From an uncultured delta proteobacterium (GTDB lineage Bacteria; Desulfobacterota; Binatia; DP-6), in the NCBI GenBank assembly GCA_963713495.1, contig CAVQLX010000007.1, positions 825,309-889,308 on the forward strand: DNA of 64,000 nucleotides. Reading direction: 5' to 3'. Of this stretch, positions 19,265 through 28,910 are shown piece by piece. The translations under genes and the position numbers were made by a program. Under the pieces are notes generated by a model. That model saw nothing but the letters and a program-made list of their open reading frames with translations. It made no database searches and was not told the DNA's origin. Each line of letters starts with the position of its first letter. The first letter of the stretch is position 1.

Positions 19265-20122
19265 CTAGGCTGCCAGGAGCGGTCGCAGCGCGGCGGCGAG
19301 ATCGGACGGCGGCTCCGCGGGGGCGTCGCTGCGCGCATCGGCCCATCGCCAGCTGGTGCTCGCCTGCACCACGGGCCGACCGTCGGCGATCCGGGCACCG
19401 CGCTGGTGGACGTCCAGGCCGCCGGGCGTCGTGACGAACCAGGTGAGCGTCTCGAGACGATCGCCGTGACGGACCTCGTCGAGGTACTCGACGTCGCCGG
19501 CCGCCACGTACGGCGCCACGCCGCCGCCGGCGAGCCGCTCGATCGGCCAGCCGAGGCCATCCAGCACGTCGAGCGTTCCCTGCACCAGGAGGTCCATGTA
19601 GGCCGCGTTGTTCATGTGACCGAGCGCGTCGAGCTCCGCCCAGCGGACCCGGTACGTGCTCCGTCCGGGTGCGGCCGGCGGCGCCGGCGCGCGCCAGGGC
19701 GTGCGTGGCTTGCCCGACGCGACGGCCATCCCGAAGCGCGCCTCCATCTCCTCGGGGACGCGACGCGGCCGGCCGGTGGCGACGTCGACGAAGACCCAGT
19801 CGGTGGAGGCGGTGAGCGCCGGGGTGCCGTCCTGCGTCACCTCGTAGCAGCGCCGCGAGCGGACGCGGCGAAAATCCTCCACCCAGGTGTGCACCTGCAG
19901 CTCCTGGTCGGCACGCCACGGCCGGGCGACGGCGAAGGTCGTCCGCCGGACCAGCCACTGCGCGCGGGCGGCATCGTACCAGCGGGCATCGAATCCGGCA
20001 TTGGCGCTGGCGTCGATCGCGACCTGCGCGAGGTGGCGCAGGTAGGCCGACGGATAGGCGCGCCCGAAGGCATCCAGCTCGTCGTGGCGCACTCGCACCT
20101 GCGCGTTGTAGAGGTGACCCAC
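19265..20122 (-). CDS. Acyl-ACP/acyl-CoA thioesterase (double hotdog)
   Basis: VRHDELDAFG, WVFVDVATGRPRRVP, ELDALGHMNNAAY. Confidence 0.85.
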   Translation of the reverse strand: MGHLYNAQVRVRHDELDAFGRAYPSAYLRHLAQVAIDASANAGFDARWYDAARAQWLVRRTTFAVARPWRADQELQVHTWVEDFRRVRSRRCYEVTQDGTPALTASTDWVFVDVATGRPRRVPEEMEARFGMAVASGKPRTPWRAPAPPAAPGRSTYRVRWAELDALGHMNNAAYMDLLVQGTLDVLDGLGWPIERLAGGGVAPYVAAGDVEYLDEVRHGDRLETLTWFVTTPGGLDVHQRGARIADGRPVVQASTSWRWADARSDAPAEPPSDLAAALRPLLAA

Positions 20123-20175
20123 GGCGCACAGCCTGGTAGCACAGCCGCCCGGTCTCCGCGACCGCCGACCCAGAC

Positions 20176-20817
20176 ATGGCCACGCCCGGCTTCCCCCTCC
20201 CGCTCCGTAACGCGCTCGCGACGCTCGCCTGCGAGGCGCTCGACGCCGCCGATGCGCGCGCGGCCGTCGAGTGGCTGGCGCATCGGGCCGGGGGGCCGCC
20301 GCCGGACGCCGAGCGCCGCCTCGCCGCCGTACACCTGATCGACGCCGGCGCCGCGACGCTGCTCGACGTACACGCGCCGTGGGACGCGGCGATCCGATCA
20401 CATGCCGCGCGCGCGGTGCGAGCGGCGGAGGCGTATGGCGGCGGCCCAGTCCCCCCCGACGACGCGATCGGGCGCGCGATCGTCCGGGCAGCGGCGCTCT
20501 GGAACGAGGCCCTCTTCTTCGAGGTCCACGAGGTGCTGGAAGCGGTGTGGCAGCGAGAAGCGGGCGAGCGCCGGCAGGCCCTGCAGGGCCTGATCCAGAT
20601 CGCCGTCGCCTGGCATCACCTCGCGCACGGCAACCCGCGGGGCGCGCGCACGTTGCTGCGCGAGGGCCGCGCGCGGCTCGCGGCCGCGCCTCCCGGCACG
20701 CTCCCGCTGCTCGATGGCGGCGCGTTGCTCGCCGCCACGGAGCCAGCCGAATCCGCGCTCGCCGCGTCGGGCGCCCCCGGGGCGCTCGCGCCCCCAGCGC
20801 TGCCGCTCCGCCGCTGA
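20176..20817 (+). CDS. DUF309 domain protein
   Basis: LWNEALFFEVHEVLEAVW...LQGLIQIAVAWHH..GN.RGA. Confidence 0.85.
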   Translation: MATPGFPLPLRNALATLACEALDAADARAAVEWLAHRAGGPPPDAERRLAAVHLIDAGAATLLDVHAPWDAAIRSHAARAVRAAEAYGGGPVPPDDAIGRAIVRAAALWNEALFFEVHEVLEAVWQREAGERRQALQGLIQIAVAWHHLAHGNPRGARTLLREGRARLAAAPPGTLPLLDGGALLAATEPAESALAASGAPGALAPPALPLRR

Positions 20818-21287
20818 GCGGGAAGCGCCTCGAAGGGCCCGAGCGCACGGGCCCACCAGCGCTCGTACTCGATCCGGCGGCCCGGGTCGCGCAGCGTGTC
20901 CCACGCGGCGCGGACCGCGCGGAACCGTCCCGGATCGCCCCCGCCTCGCGGGTGCATCGTCCGCGACACCTCGTGCCAGCGCTCGCGCAGCGCATCCTCG
21001 GAGGCGAGCGGTGGAACGCCCAGGACGCGATAGAGGTCGTCGCGCCGGCGCGCCTCGAGCGCGGCCAGGAACATCGCGGCCCGATCGGCGAGGGACGACG
21101 CGGCCAGGCCGCGTCGGCGCGCGGCACGGGAGATCGTCGCCCGCCAGCGTCCGGCCCGGCCCTTCGCCACGTCGGCCAGGATCGCATGCAGGACCGGCGC
21201 GTCGATGCCGGCGCCGTCGAAGAGGTCTTCCAGGCCCTGCGCCTGGATCAGACGGCTCACCACCCGTAGCACCCCGGCACGGTCCAT
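20616..21287 (-). CDS. J-domain-like protein with non-canonical HPR motif
   Basis: DLYRVLGVPPLAS...MHPRGGGDPGRFRAVRAAWDTLRDPGRRIEYE. The 3' end overlaps the DUF309 gene by about 200 nt. Confidence 0.7.
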   Translation of the reverse strand: MDRAGVLRVVSRLIQAQGLEDLFDGAGIDAPVLHAILADVAKGRAGRWRATISRAARRRGLAASSLADRAAMFLAALEARRRDDLYRVLGVPPLASEDALRERWHEVSRTMHPRGGGDPGRFRAVRAAWDTLRDPGRRIEYERWWARALGPFEALPAQRRSGSAGGASAPGAPDAASADSAGSVAASNAPPSSSGSVPGGAAASRARPSRSNVRAPRGLPCAR

Positions 21288-21405
21288 CTCACCCCGCATC
21301 CCCACCAGGACCCTCCGCGCGCTGCGTATATCGCAGCCCGCCACGTGCCGGAACTGCCTCTTCCTGGTTGCAATTCGACGAGGCTTCGGGGAAACTCCGC
21401 GCGCC

Positions 21406-22125
21406 ATGTTGCTCCGGCTGTTGGTGCTCGGGCTCCTCGTCGCGTTGCCGGGAGTCGCACGCGCCCAGCTGAACCCGATCGACAACGGCAACAGCAATCG
21501 AGGCACCGGGCTCCGCGATCGGTTCAGCAGCGCCACCTCGAAGCCCGCGGCGAAGGCCAAGCTCGACGAGGCGCTGCGCAACTTCAACTCCGACGACGAG
21601 GCGACGCGCCTCGAAGGCGTCGGGCAGCTCGGTAACGTCGATGACGAGCCGAAGGCCATCGGATACCTGCTGCAGGGGGCCAACGACCCCGACTCGGCGA
21701 TCCGCCTGAAGTCGATCGACGTGCTCGGTCAGGTGCGCACGAAGGACGCCGTCGCACCGCTCGTCCAGCAGCTCTTCATGCGCGACACGGAGCCGGTGAC
21801 CAAGCAGCACCTCCTCGTGGCGCTCGGAAAGATCGGCGACCCCAAGGCGACGAAGCCGATTCTCGACTTCCTCGCGCGCGACGGTGATCGCGCCATCCGC
21901 GGCAACGCGATCTTCGCGCTCGGCGACATCGGCGATCAGGCTGCGCTCGAGCCGTTGCAGCACATCGCCGACGGGAACGATGCGGCGCTACGCAGCGTGG
22001 CGCAGAACGCGGTCCGCAAGATCCGCGAGCGTCCCGCGCCCGAGGTCGTGCCATCGGCGCTGGCCCAGGAGCGCCAGCGCGCCCGGGCCGCCGCCGGCAA
22101 AGACCCCGACGACGACACACCCTGA
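21406..22125 (+). CDS. Exported HEAT-repeat protein
   Basis: Signal peptide ending VARA. Repeats IRLKSIDVLGQV, LLVALGKIGD, IRGNAIFALGDIGD. Confidence 0.85.
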   Translation: MLLRLLVLGLLVALPGVARAQLNPIDNGNSNRGTGLRDRFSSATSKPAAKAKLDEALRNFNSDDEATRLEGVGQLGNVDDEPKAIGYLLQGANDPDSAIRLKSIDVLGQVRTKDAVAPLVQQLFMRDTEPVTKQHLLVALGKIGDPKATKPILDFLARDGDRAIRGNAIFALGDIGDQAALEPLQHIADGNDAALRSVAQNAVRKIRERPAPEVVPSALAQERQRARAAAGKDPDDDTP

Positions 22126-22147
22126 GGCGATCCGGCCTCGCGAGTCG

Positions 22148-22342
22148 CTAGCGACGTTTCTTCTGCGCCCGGAGGTGCTCGCGCAGAGCTTCCGTGATGA
22201 ACGCGCGCAGCAAGCGGCCTTCCTCCAGGCACCGCAGACGGACCCGGCGCCAGAGGTGCTTCGGCACGCGAGCATTCAGGTTGACCAGAGGCTCGCTGCT
22301 CTCGCGGGCGGATGCTCCCGACCCTGTACTGCGAGGTAACAC
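22148..22342 (-). CDS. Small ribbon-helix-helix-like DNA-binding protein
   Basis: GTG start with GGAGG RBS. LVNLNARVPKHLWRRVRLRCLEEGRLLRAFITEALREHL fits a beta-helix-helix pattern. Confidence 0.65.
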   Translation of the reverse strand: MLPRSTGSGASARESSEPLVNLNARVPKHLWRRVRLRCLEEGRLLRAFITEALREHLRAQKKRR

Positions 22343-22471
22343 GGCCGACCCTCCTGGATCGGCACGTAGCACGGGCCTCGCTGCGAGGCTACCCCCCTTT
22401 CTTGCGGGTCGAACGGCTGCCTTCTGGCAGCAGGGCCAGGTGTCATTTTTCGGCTTCCCAGACCCGCCACA

Positions 22472-22717
22472 GTGGATCAAAAGGATCGGGTGCACGCGAT
22501 CCATCGCGCTGGCGACCGGATCGGCAGTGGCGATCGTCCGATACCCGTCCCGCCGCCCCCCGACGCTCCCGTCGATCCGCCGGTGGAGGAGCCGCCCGCC
22601 GAGCCCGACGAGGACGAGCCCGAGGAGCCGGTCGGCGATCCGGCGCCGAACGAGCCGGGAAAGTGGGCGGTGGCGCTACGCCCGGCCCGCGGTCGCGGCG
22701 TCCGCCGGCTCTCGTGA
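22472..22717 (+). CDS. Small Pro/acid-rich hypothetical protein
   Basis: PIPVPPPPDAPVDPPVEEPPAEPDEDEPEEP. Fills an intergenic gap. Confidence 0.4.
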   Translation: MDQKDRVHAIHRAGDRIGSGDRPIPVPPPPDAPVDPPVEEPPAEPDEDEPEEPVGDPAPNEPGKWAVALRPARGRGVRRLS

Positions 22718-25493
22718 GACGCTGAGCGCCGCGAGCAACCGGTCGAGCGTCTCCGGAGGCACCGGCTTGACGAGATGCGCGTCGAAGCCGGCCTCCTTCG
22801 CCTGACGCTTGTCGGCCGGCTGCCCCCAGCCGGTGAGCGCGACGAGGTAGATCTGCTTACCCCAGGCGTGGTCGCGAATACGCCGCGCCACCTCGTACCC
22901 GTCGGCCTTCGGCATGCCGATGTCGAGCAGCGCCACGTCCGGGAGCAGCGCTTCCGCCGCGCCGATCGCGGCCTCGCCGTCGAACACCGCGTGGACCTGG
23001 TGACCCGACAGCTCGAGCAGCAATGCCAGGCTCTCGGCCGCGTCCTGGTTGTCGTCCGCCACCAGGATGCTGAGCGGGGCGGGCACCGGTCCGGGGGCCG
23101 CGGGCGCCATCGCGCCCGCCGCCGGCGTGACGATCACGGGGAGCGTCAGGATGAACTCGCTGCCGTGCCCGATGCCCTCGCTGCGGGCCTCGACCGTCCC
23201 TCCGTGAAGCTCGGCGAGCTGGCGGACGAGCGTCAGCCCGATGCCCAGACCGCCCTGCCGCTCGAGCGACTGGTCCACCTGCGCGAAGAGATCGAAGATC
23301 TCCGTCAGCTTTCCGGGCGGGATGCCGATGCCGTCGTCGGTGACGGAGATCACGAGGGTGCCGGGCGAGGCCACGCTCGCCGCGAGCCCGATCGTCCCGC
23401 CGCTCGGCGTGTACTTCACGGCGTTGCCGACGACGTTGGAGAGCACCTGGACGAGCCGTTCGCGATCCGCTTCCAGCTCGACGGGAGCGGGCGGCATCGT
23501 CACGCGCAGGTGCTGGCCCTTGGCCACCAGCTCGTCACGACAGTCGTCCACCGCGGCCTCGACGATCTCGGAGCACGTCGCCCGTTCCCGGCGGAGCTCG
23601 AGCGTGCCTCGAGAGATGCGCGACACGTCGAGCAGGTCGTCGATCAGCCGGGACATCTGCGCCACCTGCCGCTCGATCATGTCGACCTGGCGGCGTGCTT
23701 CCGGCTCGGTGGGACCGGCGAGCTTCAGATAGCGGGCGGCGTTCCGGACAGGCGCGAGCGGATTGCGCAGCTCGTGCGCCAGGATCGCGATGAACTCGTC
23801 CTTGCGACGATTGCTCTCCTCGCGCTCCAGCTCCGCGCGCTTGCGATCCGTGATGTCGCGCGCGATCTTCGACGCGCCCGTCACCCGGCCCGACGCATCC
23901 CGGATCGGCGACAGGGTGAGCGAGATGTCGAGCAGGCGTCCGTCCTTTGCACGCCGGACGGTCTCGTAGTGATTCGATGTGCTCGCCGCCGCGCAGACGC
24001 CGCAGGATGCCGCGCTCCTCCTCGAGACGATCGGGCGGGATGATGAGGTCGATGTGCCTCCCGACCGCCTCGGCGGCGCTGTAGCCGAAGATGCGCGCGG
24101 CGCCGGCGTTCCAGCTCGTGATCACGCCCTCGAGCGTCTTGCTGACGATGGCGTCGTCGGACGCCTCGACGATCGCCGCGAGGAGCGCACGAGCCTGCTC
24201 GGCGCGCCGTCGGTCCGTGACGTCGCGCGTGAAGCACTGGGTGTGGACGAATCGCCCCTCCTCCCACAGCACGCTCGAGTCGATCAGGACCGCCTTCAGC
24301 GAGCCGTCCTTGCACCGCATCTGCGCCGGATACTCGAGCAGCCTCTCGCCGCGATGCAGCCGATCGAGGATGTCGGCGAGGACGGCCTGATCGGCGTGGA
24401 ACTCGCCGATGTGGTGGCCGACGTACTCCTCGCGCGCGTAGCCGAGCGTCTCCAGCTCCGCGTCGTTCGCCCACAGGATGAGCCCGTCCGGGCCGACGCG
24501 GTGCAGGCCGATGGCCGCCGTGTCGACGAACGTCGCCAGCTCGGCGGCTTGTCGGCACACCGCCACCTCGCTGGCGAGACGCGCTTGCTCGTGCGTTCGT
24601 ACCCTCGCCGCGGACCACCAGAGCAACGCGGTGAGCAGCGCCGTCTCGACCAGGGTGCTGAGCGCCGTGCCGAGCGCGGTGTCCACCAGCCCGTGGTTCT
24701 GGATGAGCACGCGAAGCCATCCGAGCGCGAACGAGACCACGACGACGACGGGGAGCGCGCGTCTCACGACGATCCCCGCGGCGCCGGGATCGAGGAGCGT
24801 TCGCATCGGCTCGCGATCCGGAACGCTCACGACCACCGCCACGCCCAGCGCGAGCAGCACCGACGCCGTCTGGAACGCGATGCCGGTCACCCCGGGAATC
24901 ATGTACATCTGCGCGGCGCCGTAGAGGTAGCCGGTGAGCGACAGCGTCGCCATCGCGACGACGAGCACGCCGCACGCGGCCGCCACGCTGCGCGCGCGCG
25001 TATCACGGCCGAGCAGCACCAGGGCCACACCGATCGCGAGAAACGAGAGGGAGGCCGGTGGCCCGATGCGCATCGGCGCGACCGCCGCGCCCTGCCCCCA
25101 CGCGCGGTCGAAGAGCAGCCTGTCGATCCCGAGATCGACGCCGGTGAGGTGCTCGACCAGGGTCAGGCCGCCGACCAGTCCGACCAGCAGCCCCGCGGCC
25201 GACGTCAGGGTGCGCGCGCGCCGGCTCGCGACTCCGTGCAGCAGCAGCGCGAGACCGCTCGCGACGGCGCACACCGCCGCGTTGGGGAACATCGAGATGC
25301 CGTCGCTTCGCCAGTCGGTCAGCCGCTCGACGTTCACGAGCCAGCCGACGAGCGTGCCGAGCCCACCGCCGATGGCCCAGGCGGAGGCCACCTCGACGAC
25401 GCGCTTCGGCCACGTGGCGACCTGATCCGGCGCGACGGTGCCCGGTCTGCCGACACGGGCCGCACGGCTCACTGGGCGCTCCACGGCAGCCAA
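22676..25493 (-). CDS. Membrane-bound hybrid sensor histidine kinase (TM-PAS-PAS-HisKA-HATPase-REC), frameshift at ~23972; start uncertain
   Basis: Multi-TM N-terminus, PAS motifs (SDDAIVSKTLEGVITSWNAGA), LAHELRNPL, NAVKYT, DDGIG, GLGIGL, LLDIGMP. Confidence 0.88.
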
Positions 25494-25640
25494 GAGCTAC
25501 GTCATGGCCGAGCTTTGGGAAAGCGGGCGCATGATGAGGCTCCGACGAGCGCCGCGCAATTCCGTCGCTCCGCCGCTTGTCATTTGTTCCCCGCACCCGG
25601 CGCGGATGGGCGCTCACGCCGGCTTCGTTGTGGTTTCCGC

Positions 25641-25655
25641 TGGCATGCGTCTTGC
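25641..25655 (+). promoter_or_regulatory. Sigma-54 (-24/-12) promoter upstream of csbD
   Basis: TGGCATGCGTCTTGC fits the TGGCAC-N5-TTGC consensus (one mismatch) with exact GG-N10-GC spacing, 38 nt before the ATG. Confidence 0.65.
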
Positions 25656-25693
25656 CCTCTTGAGGCGGAACTCAACCCGAGAAGGAGAACATC

Positions 25694-25867
25694 ATGAGCA
25701 GTGCAACCGCAGACAAGGTGAAGGGTCGCGTCAAGGAAGCAGCCGGCGCGCTGACCGACGACGAGGAGCTCAAGGACGAGGGCAAGCTCGACCAGGCCAC
25801 CGGCAAGGTGAAGGAAAAGGCCTCGAAGATCGTCGACAAGGTGCGCGACGCGGTCACCAAGCACTGA
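25694..25867 (+). CDS. csbD: CsbD family stress protein (57 aa, below ORF-track cutoff)
   Basis: MSSATADKVKGRVKEAAGALTDDEELKDEGKLDQATGKVKEK. AAGGAG RBS. Confidence 0.9.
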   Translation: MSSATADKVKGRVKEAAGALTDDEELKDEGKLDQATGKVKEKASKIVDKVRDAVTKH

Positions 25868-25957
25868 GCCTGGCCGGCACGCGCCGGCGTCATCGCGGGC
25901 TCGTCACCACGAGCCCGCGGAGCCGTGAAGAGGTATGGGGCCGCGCGCTGCCGGAGA

Positions 25958-27154
25958 CTACAGCACGCACTCCTGGCCGGCCGGCGCGCTCGGGTCTGCG
26001 TCGTAGTAGTAGCCAGGCAGGATGCACATGTCGTCCTCGGAGGTGAATCCGAAGACGAGCATCGCCTTCACGCAGTTCCCGGTGTACGTGTGCCCGGGAT
26101 GGGCGGGATCGGTCGGGGTGCACTCGCCCGGATCCGGACCCTCGGCGGTGCAGAGCTTCGCGGCGCCCGAGGGCTTGGTGAACCCGTTCTGCCCGATCGC
26201 ATGCAGCACCGACTCGCCCGGCGGCACGCCTGGCTGCTCCTCGCATCCGAGGCGCGGGTTCGTGGCGTTGTCGTGCGTGCACTCGTACGCGATGGTCTGC
26301 CCCACGTTGATGAGGAGCGGCGGCGTCTCGAGCTTGGCGACCGGGTCGGAGTACACGGTCTGCCGGTAGAGCGGCGTCTGCGTGCCGTCGGGATCGACCC
26401 GGGTGGCGGTGAAGAGCGTGCCGCGCTTGTGCATGTGGCCGACCAGCATCGTGACACAGGCCGGACCGTTCGGGGCTGAGGTACCGCCGAGGAACCCGCC
26501 GAACTGACTGAATCCCGGATTGCCCGGGGCCCATCGGTATCCTTCCTTCCGCGTCTGGCCCGGCGGCACGTCGATGAACGCGTTTGCCACCACCTCGAAG
26601 ATGGGCTTCAGCTCGCGCTTCACGTCCTTCTCCTTGCGCGTGATCAGCGTGATCTTGGCGCGGGCACGGTGCGACACCGAGTCGCCGTTGATCCAGTGCG
26701 AGTTGAGAACGAGCCCGATCACCGGCTTGCCGCCCGTATCCTTGTCCGGAGTGAGCTTGAGGGCGGTGCCCTGCGGCATCACCCAGCGCGCGTGCGGCCC
26801 CTGCGTCGTGGCGACGATCGAGAGATCACTCGGGTTGCCGCTCCCGAAGTTGAGGCACGCCGTGTCGTCCTTCACCTCGCCCGCTTTCACGTCCGCGAGG
26901 TTTCCGTGGTAGGCGTAGACGATCAGATGATGGGTGGCGAACGAGGTCTTGCCGCCGATGTTGACGATGCGCACCTCGCCGATGTTCATCACATCCTTGG
27001 CCGGGATGGGTGCGAACACGCAGATCTCCCGGTTCTTGTTCGCGGGGACGTCGAAGGCCGGAACCTTCACGACATACCTGCGAGCAAGCACGGGGGACGG
27101 AGCGGCGAATGCAGCGAGGGCGGCCAGAGCCAGCAAAGTGGGTCGGGACAGCAT
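25958..27154 (-). CDS. Secreted copper type II (PHM/DBH-like) monooxygenase domain protein
   Basis: Signal peptide. THHLIVY and NSHW match CuH-like ligands; GHMH and EDDMC match CuM-like ligands. Confidence 0.75.
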   Translation of the reverse strand: MLSRPTLLALAALAAFAAPSPVLARRYVVKVPAFDVPANKNREICVFAPIPAKDVMNIGEVRIVNIGGKTSFATHHLIVYAYHGNLADVKAGEVKDDTACLNFGSGNPSDLSIVATTQGPHARWVMPQGTALKLTPDKDTGGKPVIGLVLNSHWINGDSVSHRARAKITLITRKEKDVKRELKPIFEVVANAFIDVPPGQTRKEGYRWAPGNPGFSQFGGFLGGTSAPNGPACVTMLVGHMHKRGTLFTATRVDPDGTQTPLYRQTVYSDPVAKLETPPLLINVGQTIAYECTHDNATNPRLGCEEQPGVPPGESVLHAIGQNGFTKPSGAAKLCTAEGPDPGECTPTDPAHPGHTYTGNCVKAMLVFGFTSEDDMCILPGYYYDADPSAPAGQECVL

Positions 27155-27253
27155 GCGATCGGCGTATCACAAGCCGTCTCCTGACCACCAGTACAGTTCT
27201 GCGCGTTGCCCGCCCGACCCGCGCGGTGGTAACGCGCCCCTCCGGGAGGATTC

Positions 27254-28096
27254 ATGGCGCTGAACGGCATTGCGGGGAAGATCGCTCTGGTGACGGGCGC
27301 CGCGCGCCGGCGGAGCATCGGCCGGGCGACCGCGCTGCGGCTGGCGGCCGAGGGCGCCGACGTCGCGTGCCTCGACATCGGACGCCCGTACGACGACTTC
27401 CCGGCCTACGGCGTCGCCGCCGCGGACGAGCTCGACGAGATCGTGCGCGAGATCCAGGCGCTCGGCCGGCGGTCGCTCGCGCTGCGCGCCGACGTGTCGT
27501 CATGGGAGGAGGTCCACGCGGCCGTGACGCAGGCGCACGACGTGCTCGGCGCCATCGACCTCGTGTGCAACGTTGCGGGTGGCGCGGGCCTGGGCATGGG
27601 AATGGGACCGCTCCTCCACATCGCGGAGCGCGAGTGGGACCGCGTGATCGACGTGAACCTGAAGGGCACGTGGCTCGTCTCGCGTGCCTGCGCGGAGCGC
27701 ATGCTGGCCGCCGGTCGGACCGGGCGCATCGTCAACGTCTCGTCACAGGCAGGCAAGCGGGGATTCCCGCTCCTCGGCGCGTACTGCGCGGCCAAGGCAG
27801 GTGTCGTCCTGCTGACGCAGGTGATGGCCCAGGAGCTGGGGCCGGCCGGCATCACCGTGAACGCCGTCTGTCCGGGAACCGTGGACACCGATCTGCTCAA
27901 CAAGGACGGGCAGTTCGAGCTCATGATCGGCGCCCTCGAGGGAAGCCTCGAGCGCTGGATCGCCCGCGAGATCCCGCTCGGCCGGCTGCAGAGCGCCGAC
28001 GACGTCGCGTCCGCCATCGCGTTCCTGTGCAGCGACGATGCGGGCTACATCACCGGCGAGGCGCTGAACGTCAGCGGCGGGCAGACGATGGTGTGA
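27254..28096 (+). CDS. SDR family oxidoreductase with a loop resembling mycofactocin-coupled SDRs
   Basis: VTGAARRRSIG, NVAG, YCAAK, and the insert DIGRPYDDFPAYGVAAADEL. Confidence 0.88.
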   Translation: MALNGIAGKIALVTGAARRRSIGRATALRLAAEGADVACLDIGRPYDDFPAYGVAAADELDEIVREIQALGRRSLALRADVSSWEEVHAAVTQAHDVLGAIDLVCNVAGGAGLGMGMGPLLHIAEREWDRVIDVNLKGTWLVSRACAERMLAAGRTGRIVNVSSQAGKRGFPLLGAYCAAKAGVVLLTQVMAQELGPAGITVNAVCPGTVDTDLLNKDGQFELMIGALEGSLERWIAREIPLGRLQSADDVASAIAFLCSDDAGYITGEALNVSGGQTMV

Positions 28097-28104
28097 GCCG
28101 GCCC

Positions 28105-28488
28105 TCAGGCAGGCAGGCCGAGGGCTGCGGGGTTCCAGTACTCCCGCCACCAGACGATCAGTCCGTCGCGGTATCCGGCCGCGCTCATCCCCTGCCACCG
28201 CAGCCGGGCTCCCGAGGCGCGGTGCTCCGCCTCGATCTCCCACTCGGCGAGGACCACGTCGCCGCGGACGGCGAGATGGCCGATGTCGAAGCGCAGCGGT
28301 CGCACTGCCTGCGCCGACGAGCGGATCAGGCTGGCGTACGCCTCGCGCCCCCGGACCGGCTCCGGATGGACCGGCGACGCGAAGGTCATGTCCTCGGCCC
28401 AGCAGGCGAGGTAGGCGTCGATGTCCTCGCGCAGCCAGGCGTCGCGCCGGCGCGCGAAGAGCGCATCTGCTTCGGCCTCCGTCAGCAT
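28105..28488 (-). CDS. SnoaL/NTF2-like family protein
   Basis: DAWLREDIDAYLACWAEDMTF, PVRGREA, RDGLIVWWREYWNP. Confidence 0.85.
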   Translation of the reverse strand: MLTEAEADALFARRRDAWLREDIDAYLACWAEDMTFASPVHPEPVRGREAYASLIRSSAQAVRPLRFDIGHLAVRGDVVLAEWEIEAEHRASGARLRWQGMSAAGYRDGLIVWWREYWNPAALGLPA

Positions 28489-28565
28489 GCCGCGAGGGTT
28501 AGCACGCCGGGGCGGCGGGTGTCTGCGTCCTTCCCTCGACGGGGGGGTTTTGCTACGGTTGCGCC

Positions 28566-28895
28566 ATGGCAGACGTGCTGGCCGTGTCCGATGAGTCTTT
28601 CGAGCGCGAGGTGCTGCAGAGCTCGACGCCGGTGCTGATCGACTTCTGGGCACCGTGGTGCGCGCCGTGCCGGGCCATCGCCCCGGTCGTCGAGGAGCTC
28701 TCGCGCGAGTACGCGGGCAAGCTCAAGGTCGTCAAGATGAACGTCGACGACAACCCGCGCACGCCGTCGCAGTACGGAGTCCGCGGCATCCCCACGCTGC
28801 TGGTCATCCAGGGAGGCCAGGTGAAGGAGCAGCTGATCGGCGCGCACTCGAAGGCGAAGCTGGTCAGCGCGATCTGCAACGTCGTCGCCGCGTAG
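28566..28895 (+). CDS. trxA: Thioredoxin
   Basis: DFWAPWCAPCR, GIPTL. Confidence 0.95.
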   Translation: MADVLAVSDESFEREVLQSSTPVLIDFWAPWCAPCRAIAPVVEELSREYAGKLKVVKMNVDDNPRTPSQYGVRGIPTLLVIQGGQVKEQLIGAHSKAKLVSAICNVVAA

Positions 28896-28910
28896 CGCGC
28901 GAGGCGCCGC

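Noticed and set aside
16273-19560. 1095 aa ORF
   Set aside because: Off-frame GC-rich shadow; only the last ~110 codons are the real DUF1800 N-terminus.
22400-22480. Resemblance to cobalamin riboswitch words (CCACTG, GGGAAG) on the minus strand
   Set aside because: Core elements are incomplete and no B12-related gene lies downstream.
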